Shown here piece after piece: positions 51,332 through 63,068 of a DNA stretch of 64,000 bases (position 1 is its first letter; each line of letters opens with the position of its first letter). Source of the stretch: Chiloscyllium plagiosum (taxonomy: Eukaryota); NCBI RefSeq assembly GCF_004010195.1, contig NC_057726.1, positions 48,344,175-48,408,174 of the forward strand. Reading direction: 5' to 3'. The notes beneath the pieces were generated by a model, which was given only the letters and a program-made list of their open reading frames with translations, was not told the origin of the DNA and made no database searches. The position numbers and the translations under genes were made by a program.

Positions 51332-52746
51332 GACTAAACCCTTCCAATTCATATACTCATCCAGATGCCTTTTAAATGGTGTAATTGTACCAGCCTCCAC
51401 CACTTCCTCTGGCAGCTCATTCCATACGCGTACCACCCTCTGCATGAAAAAGTTGCCCCATAGGTCTTTTTTAAATCTTTCCCTCTCGCCCTAAATCTAT
51501 GCCCTCTAGTTCTGCACTCTCCCACCCCAGGGAAAAGACCTAAGCTATTTACCCTATCCATGCCCCCATAGTTTTATAAACCTCTGTAAGGTCACCCCTC
51601 AGCCTCTGAAGCTCCAGGGAAATTAGCCCCAGCCTATTCAGCCTCTCCCTGTAGCTCAACATCCTCGTAAACCTTTTCTGAATCCTTTCAAGTTTCACAA
51701 CCTCCTTCTGATTGGAGGGAGACCAGGATTGCATGCAATATTCCTCAAGTGGCCTAACCAATATCCTGTCCAGCAGAAACATAATCTCCCAACTCCTACT
51801 CAATGCTCTTTCCAATAAAAAAAGCATACTAAATGCCATCTTCACTATCCTGTCTACCTGCGATTCCACTTTCAAGGAACTATGAACCTGCACACCAAGG
51901 TTTCTGTGTTCAGCAGCACTCCCCAGGACCTTACCATTAAGTGTATAAGTCCTGCCCTGATTTGCCTTTCCAAAATGCAGCACCTTGCATTTATCTAAAT
52001 TAAACTCCACCTGCCACTCCTTAGCCTATTGACCCATCTGATCAAGATCCCTTTGTAATCTGAGGTAACCTTCTTCACTGTCTACTACACCTCTAATTTT
52101 GGTGTAATCTGCAAACTTACTATTACCTTTTCTGTTCACATCCAAATTAATTATATAAATGACGAAAAGTAGTGGACTCAACACTGATCATTGTGGCACC
52201 TCCCTGGTCACAGGTCTCCAGTCTGAAAAGCAATTCTCCACCACCACCCTCTGTCTTCTAACATCAAGCCAGTTCTGTATCCAAACGGTTAGTTCTCCCT
52301 GCATTCCACAAGATCTAACCTTGCTAACCAGTCGACCATGGGGAACCTTGTTGAATGCTTTACTGAATTTCATACAGATCATGTCCACCCTGCTGCCCTC
52401 ATCAATCCTCTTTGTTACTTCTTCAAAAACTCAATCAAGTTTGTGAGACATGATTTCCCACGCACAAAGACATGCTGACTACTCCTAATTTAGAAAGTCC
52501 TTGCCTTTATAAATACATATAAATCATGTCCCTCAGGACTCCTTCCAACAACATGCCCACTATCAACGTCAGGCTCGCTGGTCTATAGTCCCCTGTGGCT
52601 TGTCCTTACCACCCTTCTTAAACAGTGGCACCATATTAGCCAACCTCCAGTCTTCTGGCACCTTATCTGTGACTATCGATGATACAAATATCTCAGCAAG
52701 GGGCCCAGTAATCACTTCCCCAGCTTCCCACAGAGTTCTAGGGTAC
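51332..52746 (-). mobile_element. CR1 LINE ORF2, about 1.4 kb
   Basis: ORFs 52188..52388 (MKFSKAFNKVPHGRL..WIQNWL..RRQRVVV..VPQ), 51549..52010 and 51349..51561. Confidence 0.95.
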
Positions 52747-53056
52747 ATAGAGTCATAGAGTCATAGAGATGTACAGCACAGAAACGGACCCTTTGGTCCA
52801 ACTCGTCCATACCGACCAGATATCCCAACCCAATCTCGTCCCACCTGCCAGCACCTGGCCCATATCCCTCCAAACCCTTCCTATTCATATACCCATCCAG
52901 ATGCCTTTCAAATGTTGCAATTGTACCAGCCTCCACCACTTCCTCTGGCAGCCCATTTTACACAAGCACCACCCTCTGCGTGAAAAAGTTGCCCCTTAGG
53001 TCTTTTTTATATCTTTCTCTTCTCACTCTAAACCTATGCCCTCTAGTTCTGGACTC
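52747..53056 (-). mobile_element. CR1 3' end (young), abutting the previous copy
   Basis: (catagagt)n tail. ORF 52712..52939 VEAGTIATFERHLDGYMN. Confidence 0.92.
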
Positions 53057-53359
53057 ACCAGAAAATAGCACCGTCTTATTCCTCTACAAAAAACTGCTCC
53101 AGGCTAACTTACTAATTATGGTTTATATTTTTAAGTTTAATCAAGAGACACATCTCAATAAAACATATAATCAAGAAACAACCCACTCTATTCACGACTG
53201 CAGACTTACAGCAAGGCCCCAAGGCCAAGCTTAAAACTATTCACTCCTTCCATGTCTTTCTCCACAGTCAACACTGATGCAAAATATTCTTGTGTTATTC
53301 TTGAAGTTTATAAGTTCAGTTTGCATTTGTTCTGAAACTACCTTACAGACTTTGTTAAT

Positions 53360-53952
53360 ATAGAACATAGAACTGTATAGCACAGGAATGGGCCTTTTGC
53401 CGCACAATGTTGTGCCGAATGCGACGCCAAATGAAACTAATCCCTTCTGCCTGCCCTAAGTCCATATCCCACCATTCCTTGCATATTCATGTGCTTATCT
53501 AAAAGTCCATTAAATTCCTTTATCATATCTACCTTCACTGCCACCCTGGCAATGCATTCCAAACACCTGCACTCTCTGTGTCAAAAAGATTTGCCCCTCA
53601 TATCTCCTTTGAACTTTCCCCCCTCACCTTAAATGCATGTCCCTGAGTATTAGACATTTCAATTCTGGGTAAAAGATTCTGACTGTCAACCCTATCAATG
53701 CATCTCAAAATTTTATAAAATTTTATTAAGTCACCCTCAGCCTCAGCCGCTCCAGAGAAAACTCTTTGAGTTTTTCAGGCCTCTCCTTTTAGCTCATACC
53801 CTCTAATCCAGGCAGCGTCCTGGTAAACCTCCTCTGCACCCTCTCCAAAGCCTTCACATCTTTCCTGTAATGTGGCAACCAGAGTTGAATGTGATACTCT
53901 AAGTGTGACCTCACCAAAGTCTTATAAAGCTGAACATGACATCCTGACTCTT
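53360..53952 (-). mobile_element. CR1 3' part
   Basis: tagaacatagaac tail; ctccagagaaaac..ctctaatccaggcagcgtcctggtaaacctcctctgcaccctctcc. Confidence 0.88.
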
Positions 53953-54130
53953 GATGAAGGAGTCTTGTCGATTCTCCTGCTCCTCAGCTGCTGTTTGACC
54001 TGCTGCGCTTTTCCAGCACCACACTCTCGATCCCGACTCCTGTAGAGAGTGTGGTGCTGGAAAAGCACGGCAGGTCAGGCAGTATCCGAGGAGCAGGAGA
54101 ATAGACATTTCAGGCATAAGCCCTTCATCC
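53953..54130. mobile_element. Two opposed Penelope-like family A fragments
   Basis: gtcgattctcctgctcctc..cacactctcga followed by gagagtgtggtgctggaaaagc..gcccttcatc. A related atcc.gact..tg motif occurs at 53941, 54030 and 54127. Confidence 0.8.
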
Positions 54131-56024
54131 TGAGACTTGAGACTCAGGACTGTCTGGATCCCAATGTACAAAGGTGATTTTGTTTACAGAAGCCATTTTA
54201 AAAATATTTGTGTTCAAAATGTTAACATATTGACTAGAATTTCATAATATAATGGAAGAGTAATTAGTCGGACCTCTTTGGTTTGAAAGTCCACCATTAC
54301 ATTTAATCTTCCACTTAAATTGGGAAAATAACAATGTTGTGAAACTTGGTCATAGCTGATGGCTTTCATGTCTGCAGGATAGGCATTAGCTCAGAGCTCA
54401 TGGTCAGAATTTTCCCCCCTTCCTCAGGAAAACCTGACTTGGGTGCTTTCCTGGGTTACAAATTACACACCCAACCACCATTTTAGTCATTTCAATTTGG
54501 GGCCAGGTTCACACTGCAGTTTGGGAGCTGTGCAGAAGTGTATGAGTGAGGATGTTGAAATGGACAGATTAGAAGAACTGCCTGAGTTCTCCAAGCAGTA
54601 TTCTAACTCTTCACCCTGTTTAGAGGCCCTCTAAGTTTCATCCTTCACCTCCACCATCCCTCACCCACCTCCATGTCTGCCCACTCAGATTCACCACTCA
54701 GCCCCATATGTATTTATCGGAGAATTGTCCAATTTCAAATAAAGCTCGTTCGCAGACCTTGTGAAATTGACATACCTGTTTATTTCACGATATTATGGGA
54801 AAAGGTCAATGACCACTCAGATACAGAATGGCTGCTCCGCACTGATGAACCGTAACCTCTTCCCTCAGTTACAGGCATATGCAGTTATACAGAGTTAGAA
54901 ATGGGTTGATAGTTGATTATAAGATAATACAGGTCGAATTACAATAGATAGTTTAATAATATCGAAAAGGGCTAACAATACTACTGGTCTGATAGCACCG
55001 ATTAGTTGAACAATCAGCCATATCCTGTGCATAATAGCTCATGGTCTGTGGTCATCAATATTAAGTAGTTTGGTGACTTGTTTGCGGGGGCATTATTTTA
55101 GCTAGGGCTCCACCTAGACAGAGAAAGCCCTCGGGTCTCCTGCCAATGGGTGTGGAGGTGAAGTGTCATTGTCAGTGAGTGAATCCAATTAGCAAATCAT
55201 TTAGTTAACGTGTTTCCTCTGATTAGGAAATGGGATGTTCACAGTCAATTCCTTTGTTATGCTTGAGTCATCACTGGTATTTGGGTATGTGCCCTCTTAG
55301 CTAAGGAAAATGGCTTCCCCTTCTCCTACAGTATCCTTCATGTCCCCGCAGATTACCCATCACCCCGTCATCCCACTTTCTCTAAAGCCACTCACTGCGC
55401 ATGCAGTATCTATAGTTCTCAGGTTCACTGTAACGTCATATCAGTAATACATATTTTAGAATTCTTGAGGGAAAAAAGTAACTTTTTGCTGTATAATAAA
55501 AGCCTCCATATAATTGATCTTGAGAAAAAAAATGCATTTTGCAATATGAAGAAACATTGCAATGATTGTAGTCCTACTAGCTTATGACAACAAATCAGAA
55601 AACATCAAATGGAAAATATGTTATTAAAAATGCTTGCAAATGTAGCAACATCTCTGAAACCGATTGGCAGTTGAAACTCAGCCAAACAATAATACTGGCC
55701 AGAGCTGTTTAAACAATAGACCTCTCAAGGGGAAGGTAAAAACAAAGGGTGCTCACTTCAATTTCAGCACAGAGTGCCTGCCAATCAATAGAAGGGAGAA
55801 GTTGTTAAACTTTTATAAAATATAGACTTTTAACAAGAGTCAAAGGCAGTTTCTTAAACATTATTAGCCAAAACCACTTCAGTCAAAGTAGAAATGATAG
55901 TAGCAGAAGCTAACAGAGCATTTATAACATTTTGCATAGCTTTTTTGTGCTTTCTCCTTTGAAAATCATGGGTAAAACCATGTGAGCAAATATACAAGAT
56001 TAATCAATGTAAGAATTAACTTAC

Positions 56025-56063
56025 CTTTAAAAGGACAGTTCTCTATGGTGGATGAACCATTGG
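56025..56063 (-). other. Candidate 39-nt exon
   Basis: ttttattttaAG acceptor and AAG|GTAAGT donor. One open frame (NGSSTIENCPFK). Confidence 0.25.
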
Positions 56064-56904
56064 CTTAAAATAAAATCTTTATTACAATACAGTATCTAAT
56101 TTGAGGGTATTTTTAAACTTTACTGAATGATCCTGACACTTCAGCACACTTTCCATTTTCTTCACTAAATCTGAAATCGTGTGTTTTTAAGGGGCTTCCA
56201 AAACATTGCACCACCAAATGAAAATGTTATTCAGGAGGAAATCCATTTTTTTTTCTCCAGTTTAAAATGGGGAACTTGTGCTCTCAAGCACAAACTATAA
56301 CTGGACGTGTAAAGTTAGTCTCATGGATCAGGTAAAGCAGAGAGATATGGAAGATATATTATTGGATGAATGTTGCTACTACTTATGTTTGGCATCTAAT
56401 CGTAGTCACTTGGGCTTTTTGCAGGCTTTTGAATTGAGGCCAGTATGACAGGGTGCAGAAAATGTATGGAGTAACGTTATAATTCTACCAATGGTCAACA
56501 GGGCACCATAACTTCCAATTTTTCCTTGTAAGTGGCTGCTCAAATATTGTGTGTATTAAGTCTTACTTATGCCTTTATAAACGCTTTAATAGTTATCAGT
56601 ACAGAGTCAGCTTCAAACTAATGAGCAGATAGTCCAAAGGTGCATTCAATTTACCACACTTGTGTAGACTGTGTTCATTATTGAATAGTGCTAATCAGTG
56701 TATTGACAGTTTTACATTTTCTCCATCCATATAATTGCTTTAGTTTTGCATTAGAACAAGGATGGCCACACAAGTAGATAGAGTAGTAAAGAAGGCATCT
56801 GGTATGCTTGTCTTCATTGGTCGGGGAATTGAGTACGGGAGTCACATTCCTTTTAACAAAGGAAAATAGCACTATCATGCACATGTTTGTGGCTGAGGGT
56901 GTTA

Positions 56905-57255
56905 ATCATAGAATCCCGAGAGTGCAGAAAGAGGCCACTTAGTCCATCAAGTCAACATTGCCCCTCCAAAGAGCATCCCATCCACCCCAGTCCCATAATC
57001 TTACTTGGGTTTTCTTTTTACAGGGCTAACCCATCTAACCTGTACATCCCTGGACACTATGGTAGTGAGAATTTAGCATAGCCAATCCACGTAACTTGCA
57101 CTTTTTTGGACTGTGGGAGGAAACCTGAGTAACCAGAGGAAACCCATGCAGACAGAGGGAGAATGTACAAATTCTACACAGACTTTCGCCCGAGGGTGGA
57201 ATCAAATCCAGGTCCCTGGCATTGTGAGGCAGCAGTGCTAGCCACTGTGCTGCCC
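56905..57255 (-). mobile_element. HE1 / V-SINE, full length
   Basis: tcatagaatccc...ggactgtgggaggaaacc...gtgaggcagcagtgctagccactgtgctgccc. Confidence 0.9.
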
Positions 57256-57564
57256 ATATTAATACGAAGTTTGTAAATTTTAGGTCTTCTTTGTTTTATT
57301 TTGTAAGAGAATACTCACTAGCCTTGAAAAGCCTGGTATCAATTGGAGGAGTTTAAGACTAATCCACTGCTCATGTGAATTCTCAAACTTTTCATAAGTT
57401 TTCCTTCAAACCTGCTTTCACAAGTTGCTGTAAGCATGTTTTTCTTTATACATAGCTGGAACTGAAGGTGATTCTGACTTTTCCAAGTTTGGGAATGAAC
57501 AAAGGTATCTGATGTATAATTCGAGGCTGCTGAATACCCCTTTGTTACAGCTGCTATTACACTA

Positions 57565-58130
57565 ACAAATACTGTTGGATAAATGCAGTAGGTCTGGCAG
57601 CATCTGTAGAAAGAAAGCAGAGTTAACATTTCAGGTCCAGTGACCCAGATTCAGAACAGAATAGAGATCAAGAGAACTGCAGATGCTGTAAATCATAAAT
57701 GAAAACAGACGTTGCTGAAAAAGCTCAGCATCTGTGAAGATAAATCAAAGTTAACTGTTTGGGTCTGGTGGGGAAAGGTTACCAGACCCGAAACATTAAC
57801 TTTGATTTGATTACTTACAGTGTGGAAACAGGCCCTTCAGCCCAACAAGTCCACACCAACCCTCTGAAGAGCAACCCACCCAGACCCATTCCCCTCCACC
57901 TAACACTTCAGGCAATTTAGCATGGCCAATTCACCTAACCTGCACATCTTTTGGACTGTGGGAGGAAACCCAAGCAGACATGGGGAGAATGTGCAAACTC
58001 CACACAGACAGTCGCCCAAGATGGGAATTGAACCCAGATCCCCGGCTCTGTGAGGCAGCAGTGCTAACCACTGTTTCTCTTCACAGATGCTGCCAGACCT
58101 GCTGAGCTTTTTGTTTGAGAAAACAGAACA
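57565..58130. mobile_element. Penelope-like family D fragments, including a fold-back copy split by an HE1 SINE (57806-58073, minus strand)
   Basis: ggtctggcagcatctgtag..gagttaacatttcaggtccagtgaccc; caaagttaac..gggtctggt / accagacccgaaacattaactttg; the element resumes after the SINE with ttcacagatgctgccagacctgctgagc. Confidence 0.75.
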
Positions 58131-58665
58131 GAACTGCTTCATTATTAAATGGTTAATGGTGAAATATTTGCGTTCCTTACAAAATCTAATTTTGGTTAAT
58201 ATAAAATAGAGGCAAAGATAATTGAAAAAAAAAACAATAACTGACAAATATTAAGGGCACTTAAAGTGAATTCTCAAAATATTGATGTGCCTACTTTGCC
58301 AGTTTTTGTTGCGTTCACTGGAATTCAGACATAATCATATATCTGCTCACGAAACTAATTTGGTAAGTACCCAATTTAAAATCAGTGGTTTTGATACAGA
58401 AGTTGAAGGAATACAGTATAAGCATTCCTTTTCTACTCTCCCTCTTTCCAAAATGTCATTTGTTATATCTTTGTCTTACTTGTGGGAGTCCCTTGTAACA
58501 TCCTTTTGCATTCTTTAGGGTTTTGCTCCATATGCTATTTTCAAAACAATTCCTTTTTTTGAATGGTTCACTTGCTGTGAAATGACTGAACATCGGTTTC
58601 ATTTTAGCGTAAGCTATCCCACAAGCATGTAAAAGCAGATCTCAGCTCACAGACACATTACTTAC

Positions 58666-58692
58666 CATGGTCACCAGAGGTCTAACTATGTG
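58666..58692 (-). other. Candidate 27-nt microexon (HIVRPLVTM)
   Basis: Acceptor tgcatcctctttctcttttgttccaacaAG and donor ATG|GTAAGT. Only frame 0 is open. Repeat-free context. Confidence 0.35.
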
Positions 58693-59540
58693 CTTGTTGG
58701 AACAAAAGAGAAAGAGGATGCACTCCAGCCCTGCAGGGTGAATTTATTGCCACAGGGTGACATTTCATAATTTGACAGCAGCACAAGTCTTATGCCATTA
58801 CTGTATCGCTAGATTTGTGCAAACTTCTACAGAGAGAATCTAACGGCCACATGGCTAAAAGTAATGTTTTATTTGTGGTTTTAAAGCTACTTCTGTCTTC
58901 ACATGTCATGTTACAAGGCCTTTCAGATTGTTATCGCTGCCCTCTCAGGTATTGGCCCATCTAACATCTTACATTTGTTAGAGAACAGCTGCACTGTTCT
59001 CAACAAAAGATGTGATATCCATTTGTATACAATTATGCCACAGTAACACTGAGTAAAGCATGAACCCTTAACACATGGCTTTCAAATGTCCTGCAAATGT
59101 CATGACCTCCAGTGTTGAACAATCATAAATGAGCTGATTCCAAACTTGTTGGATTCTTTGCTTTATTCTGTTGTGCTGATTTGATAGTGCTTTGTGATTG
59201 AGCCATCAGCATCACTTCAAATCTCCTCAACTGAGACTAAGTTGTGCAGAAACCAACGGAAGTTCTCAGGTTTGATCCAGATCAGAAGAGATCCAGCTGA
59301 AGGAGCAGAGTGGCATCCCACTTGTTTCCATGGTCCCAAATTGTGGAATGTAAAAAGCAACAGCATTCCCACATTTTTCAGCATCATGTAATTAAAGTGT
59401 AGGTGTTTTGGGCGATGTTATGGGCATTGATCATGCTAGAACTTTCCCTACAGTTCTCTGTTATCCTGATTAATGTTGATTATTTGCTAATTGAAAGGGT
59501 GCAACAACCTACATTCTGGGCTTAAAATATAAAAAAAACT

Positions 59541-59826
59541 GTTGTGGTTCTGTTCGCCGAGCTGGAAGTTTTTGTTGCAAACGTTTCGTCCCCTGGCTAG
59601 GCGACATCATCAGTGCTTGGGAGCCTCCTGAGAAGCGCTTCTTTGATGTTTCCTCCGGTGTTTATAGTGGTCTGTCCCTGCCGCTTCCGGTTGTCAGTTT
59701 CAGCTGTCCGCTGTAGTGGTTGGTATATTGGGTCCAGGTCGATGTGTTTGCAACAAAAACTTCCAGCTCGGCGAACAGAACCACAACAACGAGCACCCGA
59801 GCTACAAATCTTCTCACAAACTTTGA
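59541..59826. mobile_element. Very young Penelope/Poseidon-type insertion (family E) with an inverted segment and 12-bp TSD
   Basis: Perfect 43-bp inverted repeat (59540-59582 / 59746-59788). The minus strand encodes KHIDLDPIYQPL (end of the GIY-YIG region). TSD ataaaaaaaact at 59529-59540 and 59827-59838. Confidence 0.92.
59577..59616 (-). ncRNA. Minimal type I hammerhead ribozyme motif
   Basis: GCA-CUGAUGA-U-GUCGCCU AGCC AGGGGAC-GAAAC-GUU-UGC: intact core, stem II, 3-bp stem I, and palindromic ACGU stem III. Confidence 0.8.
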
Positions 59827-59959
59827 ATAAAAAAAACTTTTAGGATTTTGTGCAGTTTTTAAGTAATCCTATCTGCATTGATATTATAAGGCTACTTGTT
59901 TGCTACTAATAGTATGCAAACACCAAAACTCCCCAAAAGTATCTTGTTGATACCACAAA

Positions 59960-61200
59960 TTGGTGCAGGAAGACAACACTCACTAATTTATTAGAATTTT
60001 TCAAGGAAGTCTCAAGCAGCGTAGGTCGGGGGAACCAGTAGATGTGTTGTATTTGGACTTCCAGAAAACATTCAACAACATACCTCACCAAAGGTTATGT
60101 CAAAAGAGCCCAAGGTGTTGAAGGTAGTGAATTGGCATGGATAGAGAATTGGTTGATGAGCAGGAAACAGTGAGAGGGGATAAGGGATTCTTTTACTGGT
60201 AAGCAACCTACAACCAGTGGGGTTCCACAGGGATCAGTGCTGGGACTGCAACTGTTTACAATACATATTAATGACTTGGAGGAAGGAAGTAAATGTACAG
60301 CAGCCAAATTTGAAGACAACACAAACATAAGTGGAGAGGTAAGTTGCAAAAGGGATACAATCAGTTTACTGAGTGCTTTTGATAGACTAAGTAAATGGAC
60401 AAAAATTTGAAAATAGAATGTAATACAGAAAAATGTGAAGTCGTTCATTTTGAAAAGAAGAACAAAGAACAGAGCATCAGTTAAATTGAGAAAAACTGCA
60501 GACAGCTGCAACACATTGGGATGTGAGGGTACTTGTGCATGAAACACAGAAATCTAACACACAGGTACAACAGGTAATCAGGAAGGCTAATGAAATGTTG
60601 GCCCTATTTCGGAAGGGTTGGAATAGGGAAGTGTTACTGCAACTCTACAAGGTGCTGGTAAGATTGCATCCTGAATACTGTGAGAATTCATGGTCCCCTT
60701 ATTTAAATAAAAGTATCATTTCATTCGAGGCAGGTTAGAGAAGGTTCATTAGGATGGTCTTATGAGCAAAGCCTAAATAGTTTGGACTGTACTCATTGAA
60801 GTTTAGAAGAACAAGAGGTGATCTCATTGAAATATGTAGGATTCTTTTGGGGCTTAGCAGGATAAATGCTGAGAGAATGATTCCCCACATGGCAGTCGAG
60901 GGCCAGAGAGCATATTCTCAGCAGAAAGGGGTGCCAATATAAGACTGAGATGGGGAAGAATTTCTTCTCCTCAGAGTGTTGTGTATCTTTGGAACTCCTT
61001 GATACAAAGAATGGTGGGAGCACAGTTCTTGTATGTATTTATAGACTGAGATAGATAGATTCTTGATCAGCAGAGAATCAAGGGTTATGGTAAAAAGGCA
61101 GGAAAGTGAACATGAGGAATGAGAGTTATGGTCCTATTGAATGGCAGAGCAGGCTTGAGGGGCCAAATAGCGTACTCTTCTTTCTCCTTCTTATGATTAT
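59960..61200 (+). mobile_element. CR1 LINE RT to 3' end
   Basis: LDFQKTFN..PH, agtggggttccacagggatcagtgctggga (SGVPQGSVLG), KFEDNT, YKVLVRLHPEYCENSWSPYL, and a CR1 3' UTR. Confidence 0.92.
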
Positions 61201-61909
61201 TAAGTCTACTGTCTCAAAAAATGTTTTTAAAAATGTTTGTTTGTTTTGCTACTCAAAGAATGTCTGAAAATAAACACATCTTTCATAGACAATTATCTTA
61301 GCATTAATGAATTCTTCACCACAACAACCTTAAATATACAATCTGATTAAACTTGGAAACTGTACTTTATTGTTGGAACTCACCACATAAAGTATATAAC
61401 CTGTCACCTGACTATATCAAAAAAATTAATAGAAACTTGAAAATCCTTTACTGCTTATAAAAAATTGTTTATTTAGTCCTCAAGTTCAGATTATGATTTC
61501 AAAGCTGAACAAAGTTCTCTGTAGGTTTTCTAGACCATCTCCAATCATTAAAGACTATAAATGCTTTGTTATGAAACCATAACTGGATCAAGCCTGTCTT
61601 TGTCAGCGAAAGCAGTGCACGATCTGTTCAGAATTGATGACTATATAATAATTAATATATGAAAAGTGTCCATTTTGTGTCTATTTCTCACAGTGAAGGT
61701 GACAGATGTGATGAATATCATGTCAAAAACTGGGTTTGCGTTAAAGATGAGGTAATTATATCGAGAATAAAGGTGACATCCTGGCTTTATATTGACAGTA
61801 GCAAATAATCAATTCAGGGCAGCAGCAATGTTGGGAGGTTACAGGTAAAATTTAACAAAAGCAAGGGATTTTTGTCTTCTGGCTGGAGAATTAACAAGAA
61901 CCTCCTGGT

Positions 61910-62032
61910 CGAGAGTATGGTGCTGGAAAAGCACAACAGGTCAGGCAGCATCCGAGGAGCAGGAGAAGCGACGTTTCGGATAAAAGACCTTCATCAGGAG
62001 CAGCATCTGCAGTCCTCACTTCTGCCTAGTTG
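61910..62032. mobile_element. Penelope-like family A insertion with an inverted junction and 14-bp TSD (one mismatch)
   Basis: aagaacctc(c/a)tggt at 61896-61909 and 62033-62046. Minus-strand CTGATGA-aggtcttttatcc-GAAACGTC. Confidence 0.85.
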
Positions 62033-62479
62033 AAGAACCTCATGGTGTCTCATTTCAGGAAGATCTGCTGTATAAGTGCAAATCATGCACTTAGCTGGGC
62101 TGGGCAGTGGTGGACTGTCCAGAATAATGGACCGCAATTGGAGAAAAGTGTCACCAGGAACGGTGGCTGCTGTTGGTGCTGCACACAGCTGATGAGCAGG
62201 ACCACTCAGGCCTGGCAAGAGGAAGACCATAGGGTGGGGGAAGGCGCAAGTCAGCAACCAGATCGGGGCCCAACTCTCAGTAGATAGCCCCACACTTTCT
62301 TCCTATTGCCAGATCCTTTGAGCAAATACTGAATTCCTTTCAACAAGCGGTTCCTCCTGTCACTGAAGCCTGCAAGCAACCCCAACAGGGTTTGCTTTCT
62401 AAGTTTCCCACATGGTGAGTCTCCTTGCTGGTGAATATCAGTGAGATTTGGTAGAGTCTATATCTTGGTGGAGGGATCA

Positions 62480-63068
62480 ATGGCCCGGTGGCATTGACTT
62501 AAGGTAAGGATCAGGAGGTTTACAGTGATGTGAGGAAAATCTTTTCATTTAGAGGGAACTGAAAATCTGGAACTCACTACATGTAAGGTGGTAGAGGCCG
62601 AAACCACCATAACATTTAAGAAGTATTTAGGTGTACACTTGTGCTGCCAAGGCTATTGGCAAAGTGTTGGAAAATGGGATTAAAATAGTTAGGTGGTTGT
62701 TTTTGACCAGTTCAGAATTGATGGGCCAAAGGGCCTTTTTGCTGCTGGTGTGGAAGATTTTGTCCTTTTAGATTGAAGTGGAGGATTCCCACCTTTTCGC
62801 AGGTGTAGTTCTAGAGTCATACAACATGGAAAACAAGCTCTTTGTCTCAACTCATCCATCACACCACCTAAACCTTTCCCATCCATGTACCTGTCCAAAT
62901 GTCTTTTAAATGCTGTAATTGTAACCAGCCTTTACCAGCTGGTAGCTTGTTTCATATACATACCAGCCTCTGCGTGAAAAAGCTGACCCTCTGGTTGCTT
63001 TTAAATCTTTCCCCTCTCACCTTAAAATCTATGCCCTCTAGGTTTGGACTCTCTTGGGGAAAAAGACC
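62480..63068. mobile_element. Two CR1 3' ends in opposite orientation (plus about 62480-62750, minus about 62812-63068)
   Basis: tctggaactcactac..gtggtagaggc..catttaagaagtatttag. ORF 62952..63197 FKVRGERFKSNQRVSFFTQRLV. Confidence 0.82.

Noticed and set aside
60095..60547. 150-aa ORF
   Set aside because: Antisense to a CR1 reverse transcriptase fragment.
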